64,000 bases of DNA from Chloroflexota bacterium (GCA_040755495.1 JBFMAT010000003.1:59492-123491); one strand, 5' to 3'; counted from the stretch's first letter, positions 8,234-17,337 are shown. The notes: generated by a model not told the origin, from the sequence alone. Program-made: numbers and translations.

Positions 8234-10090
8234 GTGGACGGTGGCACGCACCACGGTGGGAGCGGCGGCGTGAGCGGGGCCGTGCAGCTCGGTCACAAGG
8301 TCTCGCCGACCGCGGTGTTCCGCAAGCGCGACTTCGTGCTGATGTGGATCGCCCAGCTCGTGTCCACCGCCGGCTCGTCGCTCACGGACCTCGCCGCCGG
8401 CATCTACGTGTACGAGAAGACCGGCTCGGCCTTCCTGGTGGGCGTGACCCTGATGGCGACCGCGGTGCCCAGCCTGATCGTCGGCCTGATCGCCGGGGTG
8501 TTCGTGGACCGCTACGACCGCCGCTCGGTGATGCTGGCCAGCAACCTCGCCCAGGCCGTGATCGTCGCGGTCATCCCGTTCCTGATCGGCGTGGACGTGG
8601 CGCTGCTGTTCGTGGCCATCCTCGTCAACGCCGGCGTCAAGCAGTTCTTCGACCCCGCCTACGAGAGCCTGATCCCCGAGATCGCGAGCGACGAGGAGCT
8701 GACGGCCGCCAACGCGTTCCTGTCGATCGCCTCCTTCGGCTCGACGGCCATCGGCTTCGCCGGCGCCGGGCTGCTGGCGGCGGCGTTCGACATCAACTGG
8801 GCGTTCTGGATCGACTCGCTCACGTTCCTCGTGTCGGCCGCCTGCATCTGGGCGCTCAAGGTGCGGTCCAGAGTCGAGGTCGAGGAGGAGACGTCGGTCG
8901 GCGTCGTCATCGACAACCTCAAGACCGGCGTGCGGACCATCTTCGACACGCCGATGCTGCGGTCGCTGTTCCTGATCGGCGCACCCACCTTCTTCGCGTT
9001 CGGCCTGTGGAACGTCCTCCTGCTGCCGATGTCGATCACGGTCCTCGGCGCGTCGGAGTTCGAGTACGGCCTCCAGGAAGGCCTCACCTCGGTCGGCTTC
9101 GTCGCCGGCAGTCTGTTCATGGCCCGCTTCAGCGACCGCCTGCCCACCGGCCTGTGGGTGTTCGTGGGCCTGATGGGCATGGGCATCTCGGGCATCTTCT
9201 ACGGGCTGTCGCCCACGATCTGGATCGCCATCCTGTGGGTGATCATCAGCGGCTTCTTCAACTCGCCCTCGTCCGTGGCCCGCCAGACCCTGCTCCAGCG
9301 GAACACCCCGCGCGAGCTGCGCGGGCGCGTGTTCTCGGCCCTGTTCGTCATGCGCGACGTGATCTTCCTGCTGGGCATGGCGGGCGCCGGCCTGGCCGAC
9401 GTGCTGCCGGTCCGGGGCCTCCTGATCGTCGCGTCGCTGATCCTCGTGGTCACGGCGCTCGCGGCTCTGGTCGCACCCGGCGTCGGCCGGCCGGCCGCCG
9501 AGTGGCGCCGCGGCCTGGCCGCGCTGCGGGCGGCACCCGGCATCGTGGAGGCCGCCGTCCGCCCCGCGACCCTCGCCGATTTCGACCGGCTGGTGGGACG
9601 CCTGGCGACGTTCAGCCGCCTCAACGCCTCGCAGCGGGCCGCATTCATCCGCGAGGCCCAGGTCCGCGACGTGCCGGAGGGGGCCCGCGTGGTCACCCAC
9701 GGGGAGCAGGCGACGTCCGCCTACTTCATCCTCGAGGGCGAGGCGGCGGCGGGCATCCCCGACCCCGAGGGCGGCTACCGCGGCCTGTCCACCATGGCCA
9801 CCGGCGACTTCTTCGGCGAGATCGCCGCGCTCACCGGCAGCCCGCGGACCGCCGACGTGGTGGTCACCCAGCCGAGCCGGCTGCTCGAGGTGCCGGCCGT
9901 GGCGCTGCGTGCCGTGATGGACGTGCCGGAGGTCAACAGCCTGCTGCTGTCCACGCTGACCGAGCGGCTGCTCCGGACGAACCGGCCCGACCTGCCGCGG
10001 TTCGCGACGATGGACCGCTCGGCCCTGCGCGAGCTCAAGACCCGGGCCCCCACGGTCGAGGCGCTGCCCAAGGCGTACGAGGAGGGCTGA
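8234..10090 (+). CDS. MFS transporter fused to a C-terminal cyclic-nucleotide-binding domain
   Basis: ORF 8234..10090. The more likely start is GTG 8270, preceded by GGGAG. The N-terminal part has about 12 TM segments of MFS type (FVDRYDRR loop). The C-terminus has a cNMP-binding fold: GARVVTHGEQATSAYFILEGEAA...GDFFGEIAALTGSPRTADVVV. Confidence 0.85.
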   Translation: MDGGTHHGGSGGVSGAVQLGHKVSPTAVFRKRDFVLMWIAQLVSTAGSSLTDLAAGIYVYEKTGSAFLVGVTLMATAVPSLIVGLIAGVFVDRYDRRSVMLASNLAQAVIVAVIPFLIGVDVALLFVAILVNAGVKQFFDPAYESLIPEIASDEELTAANAFLSIASFGSTAIGFAGAGLLAAAFDINWAFWIDSLTFLVSAACIWALKVRSRVEVEEETSVGVVIDNLKTGVRTIFDTPMLRSLFLIGAPTFFAFGLWNVLLLPMSITVLGASEFEYGLQEGLTSVGFVAGSLFMARFSDRLPTGLWVFVGLMGMGISGIFYGLSPTIWIAILWVIISGFFNSPSSVARQTLLQRNTPRELRGRVFSALFVMRDVIFLLGMAGAGLADVLPVRGLLIVASLILVVTALAALVAPGVGRPAAEWRRGLAALRAAPGIVEAAVRPATLADFDRLVGRLATFSRLNASQRAAFIREAQVRDVPEGARVVTHGEQATSAYFILEGEAAAGIPDPEGGYRGLSTMATGDFFGEIAALTGSPRTADVVVTQPSRLLEVPAVALRAVMDVPEVNSLLLSTLTERLLRTNRPDLPRFATMDRSALRELKTRAPTVEALPKAYEEG

Positions 10091-10119
10091 CGGAACCTCG
10101 CGGCGGCTCGCCACGCCGG

Positions 10120-10137
10120 CGCGGTCCATGGACCGCG
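10120..10137. promoter_or_regulatory. 18-bp perfect palindrome CGCGGTCCATGGACCGCG between the cNMP-MFS gene and the cyclase gene
   Basis: Seen directly. It lies 30 nt after the MFS stop and 20 nt before the cyclase ATG (10157). It could be an operator or an intercistronic hairpin. Confidence 0.3.
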
Positions 10138-10156
10138 GCCCGTAGACTCACCAGCC

Positions 10157-13100
10157 ATGGAAACCGTGCGCTGCCCGAGCTGCGGGGAGGAGAACCCCTC
10201 GCGGTTCCGGCTGTGCGGGTTCTGCGGCACGCCGCTGGCGGGCGGGGCCGCCCCGGCGCCCGGGTCGTCCGCCGGTGGCTCGGCTCCCACGCCGTTCGGG
10301 GAAACGGCCCCGGGGCCGTTCGCCGCGCCATCGCCGGTCGCCACGCCCCCGGCGATCGTGGCCTCCGCCGAGGTCCGCAAGCCGGCCACGTTCATCTTCG
10401 TGGACCTCAAGGGATCGACCGCGCTCACGGAGCGGATCGACCAGGAGGCGATGTCCGAGATCAAGCGGACGTACTTCACGGCGATGGCGGCCCAGATCGA
10501 GCGCCACGGCGGCACGATCGAGAAGTACATCGGCGACGCGATCATGGCCGTGTTCGGGATCCCGAGGGCGCACGAGGACGACGCGCTGCGGGCGGTGCGC
10601 GCCGCCCACGGCATGCAGCAGGAGCTGAGCCGCCTCAACGCCGGGTTCCTGCCGTTCTACGGCGTGGAGCTGGCCAACCGGACCGGCGTCAACACCGGCG
10701 AGGTCGTCGCCAACACGGACCCGTCGGCCAACCAGCAGCTGGCCACGGGCGACACGGTCAACGTCGCGGCCCGCCTCGAGCAGGCCGCGCCCCCGAACGA
10801 GATCCTGATCGGCGAGACGACGTACGACCTCGTCCGCGCCCACGTGGACGTGGAGCCCGTGGAGCCGCTCGAGCTCAAGGGCAAGGCCGAGCGCGTGCCG
10901 GCCTACCGCCTGCTCGCGGTCCGCGACGCCACCGCCGAGGGCGCCCACCTGGCCCGCCGGGCGCCGCTCATCGGGCGGGCCGGGGAGATGGCGCAGATCC
11001 GGGCCGCCTTCCGGGCGGTCGTCGACGAGGGTGGCGGCCGGCTCGTGACGCTGGTCGGCGAGGCCGGCGTGGGCAAGAGCCGGCTGCTCGACGACCTGCA
11101 CGACGAGGTCGCCGCCGAGGCGACCGTGGTCCGGGGCCGCTGCCTCCCGTACGGCGACGGGATCACGTTCTGGCCGGTCATCGAGGTCGTCCGCGACGCG
11201 GCCCACATCGCGGCCGACGACGCCCCCGACGTCGCGCGGGGTCGGATCGCGGACCTGCTCGCCGGCAGCCCCGAGGCGGAGGACATCCTGGACCGGGTGT
11301 CGAGCGTCATCGGCCTGTCAGCGTCGCGCTACCCGGTGGCCGAGATCTTCTGGGCCGCCCGCCGGTTCCTCGAGGAGCTGGCCGCACAGCGACCCGTGCT
11401 CGTCCTGTTCGAGGACATCCACTACGCCGAGCCGACGTTCCTCGAGCTGCTGGAGCACCTCGTCGAGACGCTGGCGGACCGCGCCTCGGTCCTGGTCCTG
11501 TGCGCCGCGCGGCTGCGGCTGCTCGAGAAGCGGGCGGACTGGAGCACCGCGGACCGCATGTCGCGGCTGCAGCTCAGCGCCCTAGCGGACACCGACACGG
11601 AGCGGCTCGTGGAGGGCCTGCTGGGCGGGCCGGTGGAGGCCGGCGTGCGCTCGCGGATCGTCGCCGCGACCGAGGGCAACCCGCTGTTCACGGAGCAGCT
11701 CGTCTCGATGCTCGTGGACAAGGGGCACATCCGGCGGACCGAGGCGGCCTGGGAGCCCGTCGGCGACGTGTCCACGCTGGCGGTCCCGCCCACGATCCAG
11801 GCGCTGCTGGCTGCGCGCCTCGACGACCTGTCGCGCGAGGAGCGGGCCACGATCGAGCCCGCCTCGGTCATCGGCCTCGTGTTCGCGCAGCCCGCCGTCG
11901 CCGAGCTCGTCCCCGAGCCGGTTCGCCCGCTGGTGCCCGCCAGCCTGGTCGCGCTGGACCGCAAGCAGCTGCTCCAGCGCGAGGGCACCGTCGACTCGGA
12001 GGACGTCGCGTACCGCTTCCGGAACCTGCTGATCCGGGACGCCACGTACGGCAGCCTCCTCAAGCGGGCCCGCGCGCAGATGCACGAGCGGTTCGTGACC
12101 TGGGCGGAGCGGGTCAACCGGGAGCGCGGCCGCGAGGAGGAGTTCGAGGAGATCCTCGGCTACCACCTGGAGCAGGCGTACCGCTACCGGACGGAGCTCG
12201 GCCCGCTGGACGCCGAGGGCCGCAGCCTGGCGGCCCGTGCGGCGGCCAAGCTGGGCAACGCGGGTCGGCGCGCGTTCGCGCGAGGCGATCTCCCCGCGGC
12301 GGCATCGCTCCTGCGGCGGACCGTGGCGCTGCTGGGTCCGGACGATCCGGTGCGGATCGAGAACCAGGCGGAGCTGGGCGAGGTCCTGCTCGAGGCCGGC
12401 GACTTCGCGGAGGCGACCGCGGTGCTGGAGGCGGCGATCGCGGGCGCCGAGGCGATCGGCGACGGTCGGCTGCGGGCCCGGGCCCGGCTGGGCCGGCTGG
12501 GGATCGCGCTGTACGCGGAGGAGCTCGAGACCGGCGCCGCCGGGCGGGCCCTCGACGAGGCGACGGAGGCGGCGGCGCTGTTCGAGCGCCACGCGGACGA
12601 CGCCGGCGTGGCCCGGGCCTGGCGGCTGATCGGCAGCATCCACGCCACGAGCGGCCGGTACGAGGCCGCGGCCGACGCGGCCCAGCGGGTGGTGGAGCAC
12701 GCGACCCGGGCCGGCGACCGCCGCCTGGCGTCGCGGGCCGCCGCTGGATACGCGACGATCGCCCGCGCCGGTGCGCTGCCGGCCGACCAGGTGGCGGAGC
12801 GCTGCGGCCCGCTGCTGGACCAGGTCGCCGGCGACCGCAAGGCGGAGGCCATGATCCTGTCGGTCATCGCCGTGTCCGAGGCGATGCAGGGCCGGTTCGA
12901 CCGCGCCCGCGAGCTGCACGCCCGGGCGAAGACGATCCTGGGCGAACTCGGCCGGAGCGTCGTCGCGGCATCCACGTCCATCGAGGGGTCGCGCATCGAG
13001 ATGCTCGCCGGCGACCACGCGGCGGCCGAGGCGCTGCTGGGCGCCGACTCGAGGGAGCTGGATGGGATGGGCGAGCGCTACTTCCGGTCGACGGTGGTGG

Positions 13101-13489
13101 GCCTGCTGGCCCACGCGCTGGAGGCCCAGGAGCGCCCGGACGAAGCCGATGCGGCGGTGGACCTCGCGGCCACGCTCACCGACGAGGACGACGTCGAGTC
13201 GCAGATGCTGTGGCGGACGGCCCGCGCCAAGGTCCGCGCCCGCCAGGGCCGCGCGGACGATGCGCTCGCGCTGGCGGCCGAGGCCCTCGCGCTGGCCGCC
13301 GAGACCGACGACATCGACGTCCAGGGCGACGTCCACGCCGACTACGCCACGGTGCTCCGCCGGCTCGGCCGGGCGGACGAGGCGGCGACGCACTTCGAGC
13401 TGGCGAGGGACCTCTACACGCGCAAGGGGAACGTCGCCCTCGCCCGGCGGATGGCGTCGGCACTCGACGGGGCGGCCCAGCCCGCCTGA
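10157..13489 (+). CDS. Zn-ribbon / class III adenylate-guanylate cyclase / P-loop STAND-type ATPase / TPR-like multidomain protein
   Basis: ORF 10157..13489. N-terminal Zn ribbon CPSCGEENPSRFRLCGFCG. Cyclase core: FIFVDLKGST, EKYIGDAIMAVFG, NRTGVNTGEVV, GDTVNVAARLE. Walker A: LVGEAGVGKSRLL. The C-terminal ~500 aa is helical-repeat and Ala/Leu/Arg-rich, of TPR type. Confidence 0.85.
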   Translation: METVRCPSCGEENPSRFRLCGFCGTPLAGGAAPAPGSSAGGSAPTPFGETAPGPFAAPSPVATPPAIVASAEVRKPATFIFVDLKGSTALTERIDQEAMSEIKRTYFTAMAAQIERHGGTIEKYIGDAIMAVFGIPRAHEDDALRAVRAAHGMQQELSRLNAGFLPFYGVELANRTGVNTGEVVANTDPSANQQLATGDTVNVAARLEQAAPPNEILIGETTYDLVRAHVDVEPVEPLELKGKAERVPAYRLLAVRDATAEGAHLARRAPLIGRAGEMAQIRAAFRAVVDEGGGRLVTLVGEAGVGKSRLLDDLHDEVAAEATVVRGRCLPYGDGITFWPVIEVVRDAAHIAADDAPDVARGRIADLLAGSPEAEDILDRVSSVIGLSASRYPVAEIFWAARRFLEELAAQRPVLVLFEDIHYAEPTFLELLEHLVETLADRASVLVLCAARLRLLEKRADWSTADRMSRLQLSALADTDTERLVEGLLGGPVEAGVRSRIVAATEGNPLFTEQLVSMLVDKGHIRRTEAAWEPVGDVSTLAVPPTIQALLAARLDDLSREERATIEPASVIGLVFAQPAVAELVPEPVRPLVPASLVALDRKQLLQREGTVDSEDVAYRFRNLLIRDATYGSLLKRARAQMHERFVTWAERVNRERGREEEFEEILGYHLEQAYRYRTELGPLDAEGRSLAARAAAKLGNAGRRAFARGDLPAAASLLRRTVALLGPDDPVRIENQAELGEVLLEAGDFAEATAVLEAAIAGAEAIGDGRLRARARLGRLGIALYAEELETGAAGRALDEATEAAALFERHADDAGVARAWRLIGSIHATSGRYEAAADAAQRVVEHATRAGDRRLASRAAAGYATIARAGALPADQVAERCGPLLDQVAGDRKAEAMILSVIAVSEAMQGRFDRARELHARAKTILGELGRSVVAASTSIEGSRIEMLAGDHAAAEALLGADSRELDGMGERYFRSTVVGLLAHALEAQERPDEADAAVDLAATLTDEDDVESQMLWRTARAKVRARQGRADDALALAAEALALAAETDDIDVQGDVHADYATVLRRLGRADEAATHFELARDLYTRKGNVALARRMASALDGAAQPA

Positions 13490-13578
13490 GCGGTTCGGGC
13501 CGGGCGGGGCGGGCGCGAAACGCGGAACGAGCCGCCCCGGAGGGCGGCCCGCTCGTGGGGCTCGAGGGAGCGGCGGCG

Positions 13579-14598
13579 CTAGCCGAGCAGGCGGGTCTTC
13601 CCGTTGCCGGGCGTCTGCACGGTGATCGTGAGGACGTCACCGCTCACCGACGCCGACCCGCAGTTCGTGGAACCGGCCGTCTTGCAGGCGTTCTTCCTGG
13701 CGAGCGAGATCTCGGTCGTCGTGGTGCCGTCGTCGGCGGTGTGGACGACCACCAGCTTGTTGAGGGTCACGTTCTGCCCGTTGAGCTGGATCTGGATGGT
13801 CCACGTGATCACGTCGCCGGTGGTGTCGCCCTGGACGTTCGCCTCGACCTCCTGGCCGATGCAGTCCAGCGTCCCGACGACCGGGCACGCGGCGCCGGCG
13901 TTCTCGCTCAGCGTGACGACGGCCAGGTTGGCCGGCAGCTTGACCTTCGCCGACTGCCCGTTGGCGTTGTCCTCGTCGCCGAGGGCGCAGGTCGAGACCT
14001 CCTTGCTGGAGTTGCCCGGCCGGTACGCGGACACGGACTCGCACGAGAAGCCGAGGATCGTGATCGTCCCCTGCGCCGAGAAGGTGTCGATGTTGGACCC
14101 GTTGTCGTTGCCGCTCTCGGCGACGCTGACCACGCCCTCGGTCAGGAACGTGGGGGCGGCCGGAGTGTCCTCGGTCGTGTTGACGACGGCGCTCACGGTC
14201 ACCGACGTGCGGGCGCCGAGCGTGCCCAGCGAGCAGTCCAGGATCGCGCCGCCCGTGCAGCCGGCCGTCGACGTCGCGATCGTGACGCCGGTCGGAAACG
14301 TGGTCGGCGGCGTCGCGTCGCCGTTGGGGGCCGGGAGCGGGTTGTCATCCTGGCCCAGGAGCAGCCGGACGTTGTTGAGCGTCTGCTTGCCGTTGTTGGT
14401 GATCCTGACCGAGATCGGCGCGGACTCGCCGGCCGAGATCGTGAACGAGGCCAGGACCCCTTCGGCCACGCCGAACACGCTGACCGACTTCGACGTCCCG
14501 CCCGACGGCGCCGCCGTCGCCGGCACCGACAGGGCCAGCGCGAGCAGGGATGCGGCGACCAGCCCCGCACCGAGCCGCCTGAACGAGTAGACCTTCAC
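13579..14598 (-). CDS. Secreted Thr/Ser/Asn/Gly-rich, Cys-containing protein of unknown function (beta-sandwich/DUF11-like repeats possible)
   Basis: ORF 13579..14673. I prefer the GTG at 14598, which has GGAGGG 4 nt upstream. Signal peptide: VKVYSFRRLGAGLVAASLLALALSVPATA. No catalytic motif recognised. The gene looks visibly less GC-rich than its neighbours. Confidence 0.6.
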   Translation of the reverse strand: MKVYSFRRLGAGLVAASLLALALSVPATAAPSGGTSKSVSVFGVAEGVLASFTISAGESAPISVRITNNGKQTLNNVRLLLGQDDNPLPAPNGDATPPTTFPTGVTIATSTAGCTGGAILDCSLGTLGARTSVTVSAVVNTTEDTPAAPTFLTEGVVSVAESGNDNGSNIDTFSAQGTITILGFSCESVSAYRPGNSSKEVSTCALGDEDNANGQSAKVKLPANLAVVTLSENAGAACPVVGTLDCIGQEVEANVQGDTTGDVITWTIQIQLNGQNVTLNKLVVVHTADDGTTTTEISLARKNACKTAGSTNCGSASVSGDVLTITVQTPGNGKTRLLG

Positions 14599-14775
14599 CG
14601 AACCCTCCGAGTCCCCGCTCCGCCGGTGAACGGACCAGTACCTAGGTCCCCCACTCACCGGGCCGAATGTCACATCACGGTCGCATCGGGGATCGGGCGT
14701 GTCAAGGTCGCGTTCCTGACAGCCCGTGGACAGGACGCACCGCCGGCCGGGTGTCGGGCAGCCGACAGCGGCGGC

Positions 14776-15606
14776 TCAGGATCGCGGGACGGGCCGCATC
14801 GGGTAGACGCCCACGACCACCGGCACGTCGGGGTCCAGCGACAGCTCGTACCCCACGTCCCCGCCCGACAGCAGCTCCGCGACGAGGCGGCCCTCGACGG
14901 CCGGGAGGCCCACGTACAGCCGCGCGTCACCGACCCGGATGGGCGTCACGTCGTCCTCGACGCCGGCGATCCCGAACCGGCGGCGGAGCTCGTGCATGGG
15001 GACCCACGGCCGGCTCTTGATGAACCGCCGAAGCTGGGCGACCGTGCAGGTGGGTCGGTTGCCTTCTCCGGGCATCGCCTCCGGGTCGGCGGGGCCGGCA
15101 TACGCGGCGACGGGCGCGGCCGCCAATCCGGCCCGGGGCCGCGGGGCCGGCGCGGGCGGGGCGGGTGGGCGGAGGTGATCGCGCTCGCGGTCGTCGGCGA
15201 CGGCGACGGCGGACAGCGCGGCCGGGAGGGGTTCGGCCGTGGGGCGTGGCGGCGAGGCGTGCTCCAGAGATGCCGGCTCGCGCAGCGGCGGTTGCGCGGG
15301 CGGGGGCGTGGGCTCGCGCAGGGGCGTGGGCTCGCGCAGGGGCGTGGGCGCGGACGGGGGCGGGGGCGCGGACGGGGGTGCAGGCATGGACGTCGGCTCG
15401 CGCAGGGACGTCGGCTCGCGCAGGGACGTCGGCTCGCGCAGGGGCTCGACCAGGGGCGCCGGCTCGCGCACCGACGCCGGGCGCTCCGGGGCGGCCATGC
15501 GCTCGGGCGAGGGCGCGTGCGGGCGCGCGGCCCGGCCCGGGGCGTGCGGATGCGGATGACGGCCGTGCCGCCCTCGTCGGCTCATCGCCTCACCGGCTCG
15601 TGACAC
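14776..15606 (-). CDS. Pro-rich protein with LREPT(S/P) hexapeptide tandem repeats and a compact C-terminal domain of unknown function
   Basis: ORF 14776..15606. The repeats are in frame with G/C at third codon positions. The C-terminal ~95 aa is non-repetitive (CTVAQLRRFIKSRPWVPMHELRRRFGIAGVEDDV...). The true start is uncertain; an internal ATG at about 15075 is possible. Confidence 0.5.
   Translation of the reverse strand: MSRAGEAMSRRGRHGRHPHPHAPGRAARPHAPSPERMAAPERPASVREPAPLVEPLREPTSLREPTSLREPTSMPAPPSAPPPPSAPTPLREPTPLREPTPPPAQPPLREPASLEHASPPRPTAEPLPAALSAVAVADDRERDHLRPPAPPAPAPRPRAGLAAAPVAAYAGPADPEAMPGEGNRPTCTVAQLRRFIKSRPWVPMHELRRRFGIAGVEDDVTPIRVGDARLYVGLPAVEGRLVAELLSGGDVGYELSLDPDVPVVVGVYPMRPVPRS
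15270..15470. repeat. 18-bp tandem repeats (GGCGTGGGCTCGCGCAGG x2-3; GGACGTCGGCTCGCGCAG x3), coding
   Basis: Seen directly; GGCTCGCGCAG recurs at least 6 times at a period of 18 nt. The repeats encode LREPTP/LREPTS on the minus strand. Confidence 0.85.
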
Positions 15607-15751
15607 GCGGGCGGGCGGCCCGCGCGGGAAAGGTTCGCCATGACGTGTCGCTCGGGGGGGCCGGGGGACCGGCCGCTCGTCGAAGCATACCGCGCCCGCC
15701 GAGGACCGCCCACGGGCCTCGCCTGGGTGGGATCCCGCGGAGTCCGCGGCG

Positions 15752-16927
15752 TCAGCGGCCCGCGACGACCAGCAGCTCGCGCGGTGCCTGGTTAAGGACG
15801 TCCGGACCGGCCTCGCCGCAGATCACGATGTCCTCGATCCGCGCCCCGTAGCGACCCTCGAGGTAGATGCCCGGCTCGACCGAGAACGCCATCCCGGGGG
15901 CCAGCGGCTCGGCGTTGCCCGCCACGACGTAGGGGTCCTCGTGGCCCTCGAGCCCGATGCCGTGCCCGGTCCGGTGGACGAACCGGGGTCCGAACCCGGC
16001 GGCCTCGATGATCCCCCGCGCCACCCCGTCGATCCGCTCGCAGGGCACGCCCGGCCGGACCGCGCCGGTCGCCGCCTCCTGGGCGCCGCGGAGCACCTCG
16101 TACAGCCGCAGGAAGTCCGCGTCGGGGCCCTTCGCCGGGTCGCCGCCGGTCACCCACACGGTGCGCGTGATGTCGGAGCCGTACCCGCCCAACGTGCCGC
16201 CGATGTCGATCACGATCGGCTCCCCGGCCTCGATCCGCCGCGCACCCGGGTCGTGGTGGGGCGAGGCGCTGTTGGGCCCCGAGGCCACGATCCAGAACTC
16301 GGCGTGGTCGTGGCCCTCCGCGACCAGCCGCTCCCGGACCTCGCGCGCGACGTCGGCCTCGGTCCGCCCCACGAGCGGCCCGCCGGCGATCGCCAACACC
16401 GCCCGGTCCGCCGCGTGCGCGGCCGTGCGCAGGAGCGCCATCTCGTCGGGGTCCTTGCGCATCCGGAGCGCGCGCAGGACCGCGGACGTCAGCGAGAACC
16501 GGGCGTCGGGCAGCACCCGCTGCAGGCCCAGGAGGAACGCCGCCCGCAGGCCGTCCGACACCGCGACCGCCGCGACCGCCGCGGGCGCCCGCCCGGTCGC
16601 CGCGGCCAGCCGGCCGGCCACCAGCGCCATCGGGTCCTCGGTCTCCTCCCAGGTCACCACCTCGACCGCGCCCATCGCGGCCGCCGGGCAGGTCCGGGCC
16701 GGGGTCGCCTCGAGGCGCGGAGCGACCAGCGTCATCGGCGACCCGTCGGCCGCGGGCAGCAGGAGCAGGGTCAGGCGCTCCAGGGGCATCGCCTCGTAGC
16801 CCGCGAGGTATCGCAAGTCCGCGCCGACGCCCACCAGCAGGGCATCCAGCCCCGCCCTCGCGGCCTCCCGGCGTGCCGCCGCCAGCCGCTCCGCGTACCG
16901 CGCGCCCGGGATCCCCGCTCCGCTCAT
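15752..16927 (-). CDS. M24-family Xaa-Pro aminopeptidase/dipeptidase
   Basis: ORF 15752..16981; start MSGAGIPG at 16927, in an ATGA overlap with the upstream gene. Metal-ligand region: HRTGHGIGLEGHEDPYV...GMAFSVEPGIY...GARIED. Confidence 0.85.
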   Translation of the reverse strand: MSGAGIPGARYAERLAAARREAARAGLDALLVGVGADLRYLAGYEAMPLERLTLLLLPAADGSPMTLVAPRLEATPARTCPAAAMGAVEVVTWEETEDPMALVAGRLAAATGRAPAAVAAVAVSDGLRAAFLLGLQRVLPDARFSLTSAVLRALRMRKDPDEMALLRTAAHAADRAVLAIAGGPLVGRTEADVAREVRERLVAEGHDHAEFWIVASGPNSASPHHDPGARRIEAGEPIVIDIGGTLGGYGSDITRTVWVTGGDPAKGPDADFLRLYEVLRGAQEAATGAVRPGVPCERIDGVARGIIEAAGFGPRFVHRTGHGIGLEGHEDPYVVAGNAEPLAPGMAFSVEPGIYLEGRYGARIEDIVICGEAGPDVLNQAPRELLVVAGR

Positions 16928-17337
16928 GCCCGCTCCTCCTCCGCGACCCCGTCCCGCGGCCAGCCGAGGGCCGCCAGCCACGCCGCCAGCTCCCGGTCAC
17001 CGCGCTCGAACAGCACCTGGTAGGGGTGGACGCGGGTCGCCCCGGCCGCGCGCGCCGCACGCCGCCCCTCGACGTCCACGTGCGGCGCCACCGCGATCGC
17101 GGGGATGCCCAGCGACGTGGCCCGGCGCAGGACCGCGATCGGGTCGTAGGCGCGGGCCGTGGTGTCCACGACCACCCCGGCCACGCCCGCCAGGCCCGCC
17201 TCGAGCGCGGCCGAGGACCGGATCGCCACCGGCTCCGCGCCGGCGCGCCGGACGCCGTCGACCAGGCGCGTCGCCCAGATGAGGTCGTCCGCGACGACCG
17301 CGATCCGCGGCCGCCGATCGCCGGCGGCCGGGCTCAC
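16924..17337 (-). CDS. Hypothetical protein with a CheY-like (receiver-like) pattern; function unknown
   Basis: 3' part of ORF 16924..17829, starting at the GTG at 17337 (GTGA overlap with the CBS gene stop). Sequence RIAVVADDLIWATRLV...GVVVDTTARAYDPIAVLRR resembles beta1/beta3 of receiver domains, but I see no conserved Lys. Confidence 0.45.
   Translation of the reverse strand: MSPAAGDRRPRIAVVADDLIWATRLVDGVRRAGAEPVAIRSSAALEAGLAGVAGVVVDTTARAYDPIAVLRRATSLGIPAIAVAPHVDVEGRRAARAAGATRVHPYQVLFERGDRELAAWLAALGWPRDGVAEEERA

Noticed and set aside
10157-13489. Calling the cyclase/cNMP-MFS pair a bona fide Pycsar-like antiphage system
   Set aside because: The cyclase keeps a Lys at the usual purine-specifying position (EKYIGD). 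The partner is a full 12-TM MFS transporter and not a minimal pore-forming effector. Cyclase-ATPase-TPR proteins are common regulators in actinobacteria. The defence idea is kept as a low-probability alternative inside the finding.
8107-15603. A 2498-aa plus-strand ORF, and many other long ORFs in the track whose products are dominated by Arg/Pro/Gly/Ala runs (for example 101..1678, 5486..7942, 5586..7763, 32178..34598, 30045..32459 and 44760..46265)
   Set aside because: These are typical stop-codon-poor shadow frames of very GC-rich DNA. They overlap, on the opposite strand or in another frame, genes with clear family motifs. Their products are low-complexity and lack any recognisable domain.
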